Below are positions 61,197 to 64,000 of a stretch of 64,000 nucleotides of DNA, in pieces (position 1 is the stretch's first letter; each line of letters begins with the position of its first letter). A program made the translations under genes and the position numbers. Where the stretch lies: contig CAWJQI010000001.1 of NCBI GenBank assembly GCA_963845085.1, positions 192,001-256,000 on the forward strand, read 5' to 3'. This stretch comes from Candidatus Fermentibacterota bacterium. Its GTDB lineage: Bacteria > Fermentibacterota > Fermentibacteria > Fermentibacterales > JCC-6. A model generated the notes under the pieces. It made no database searches. It was given only the letters and a program-made list of their open reading frames with translations, and was not told the origin of the DNA.

Positions 61197-64000
<2,804 letters not shown>

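Overview
A high-GC, gene-dense bacterial chromosome segment from a diderm organism. The SprA-like translocon, LptF/G and a C-terminal 'TWxxxKxxF' tail suggest an FCB-group candidate lineage such as Ca. Fermentibacteria, which is an inference. From left to right the window holds: (1) an acpS / acetate-CoA-ligase / ACP / kbl-like cluster, cut by the left edge; (2) an mltD-TPR-TPR-slt cell-wall cluster, asd, a zinc-ribbon protein, holA and a SurA/PpiD-like chaperone; (3) a long minus-strand run of a secreted beta-propeller, dnaK, dnaJ, mutS2, dnaG, a degenerate sigma-70 and a BtuFCD-type ABC importer; (4) a GGDEF / amidohydrolase / nadC / coaX / coaC / mtnA operon; (5) an array of five lipoprotein genes plus a sixth exported gene built from about 12 copies of one uncharacterised ~90-aa acidic domain, with an orphan histidine kinase, a methyltransferase and a GT-C-like membrane protein; (6) a type IV pilus locus (two pilins each with its own sigma-54 promoter, pilR, pilS, pilC, pilT, two pilB) directly downstream of a ~1860-aa SprA/Sov (T9SS translocon) homologue; (7) lptF, lptG, flavodoxin, serC, ligA and a partial degenerate M1-peptidase-like gene. 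About ten single-base indels break genes between 36.7 and 55.6 kb and are most likely consensus errors. I recognised no rRNA, tRNA, CRISPR array or mobile element. The best candidates for undescribed biology are the SprA-pilus coupling with a possible non-canonical C-terminal sorting signal, the repeat-domain lipoprotein array, and the ACP-linked Kbl pathway.
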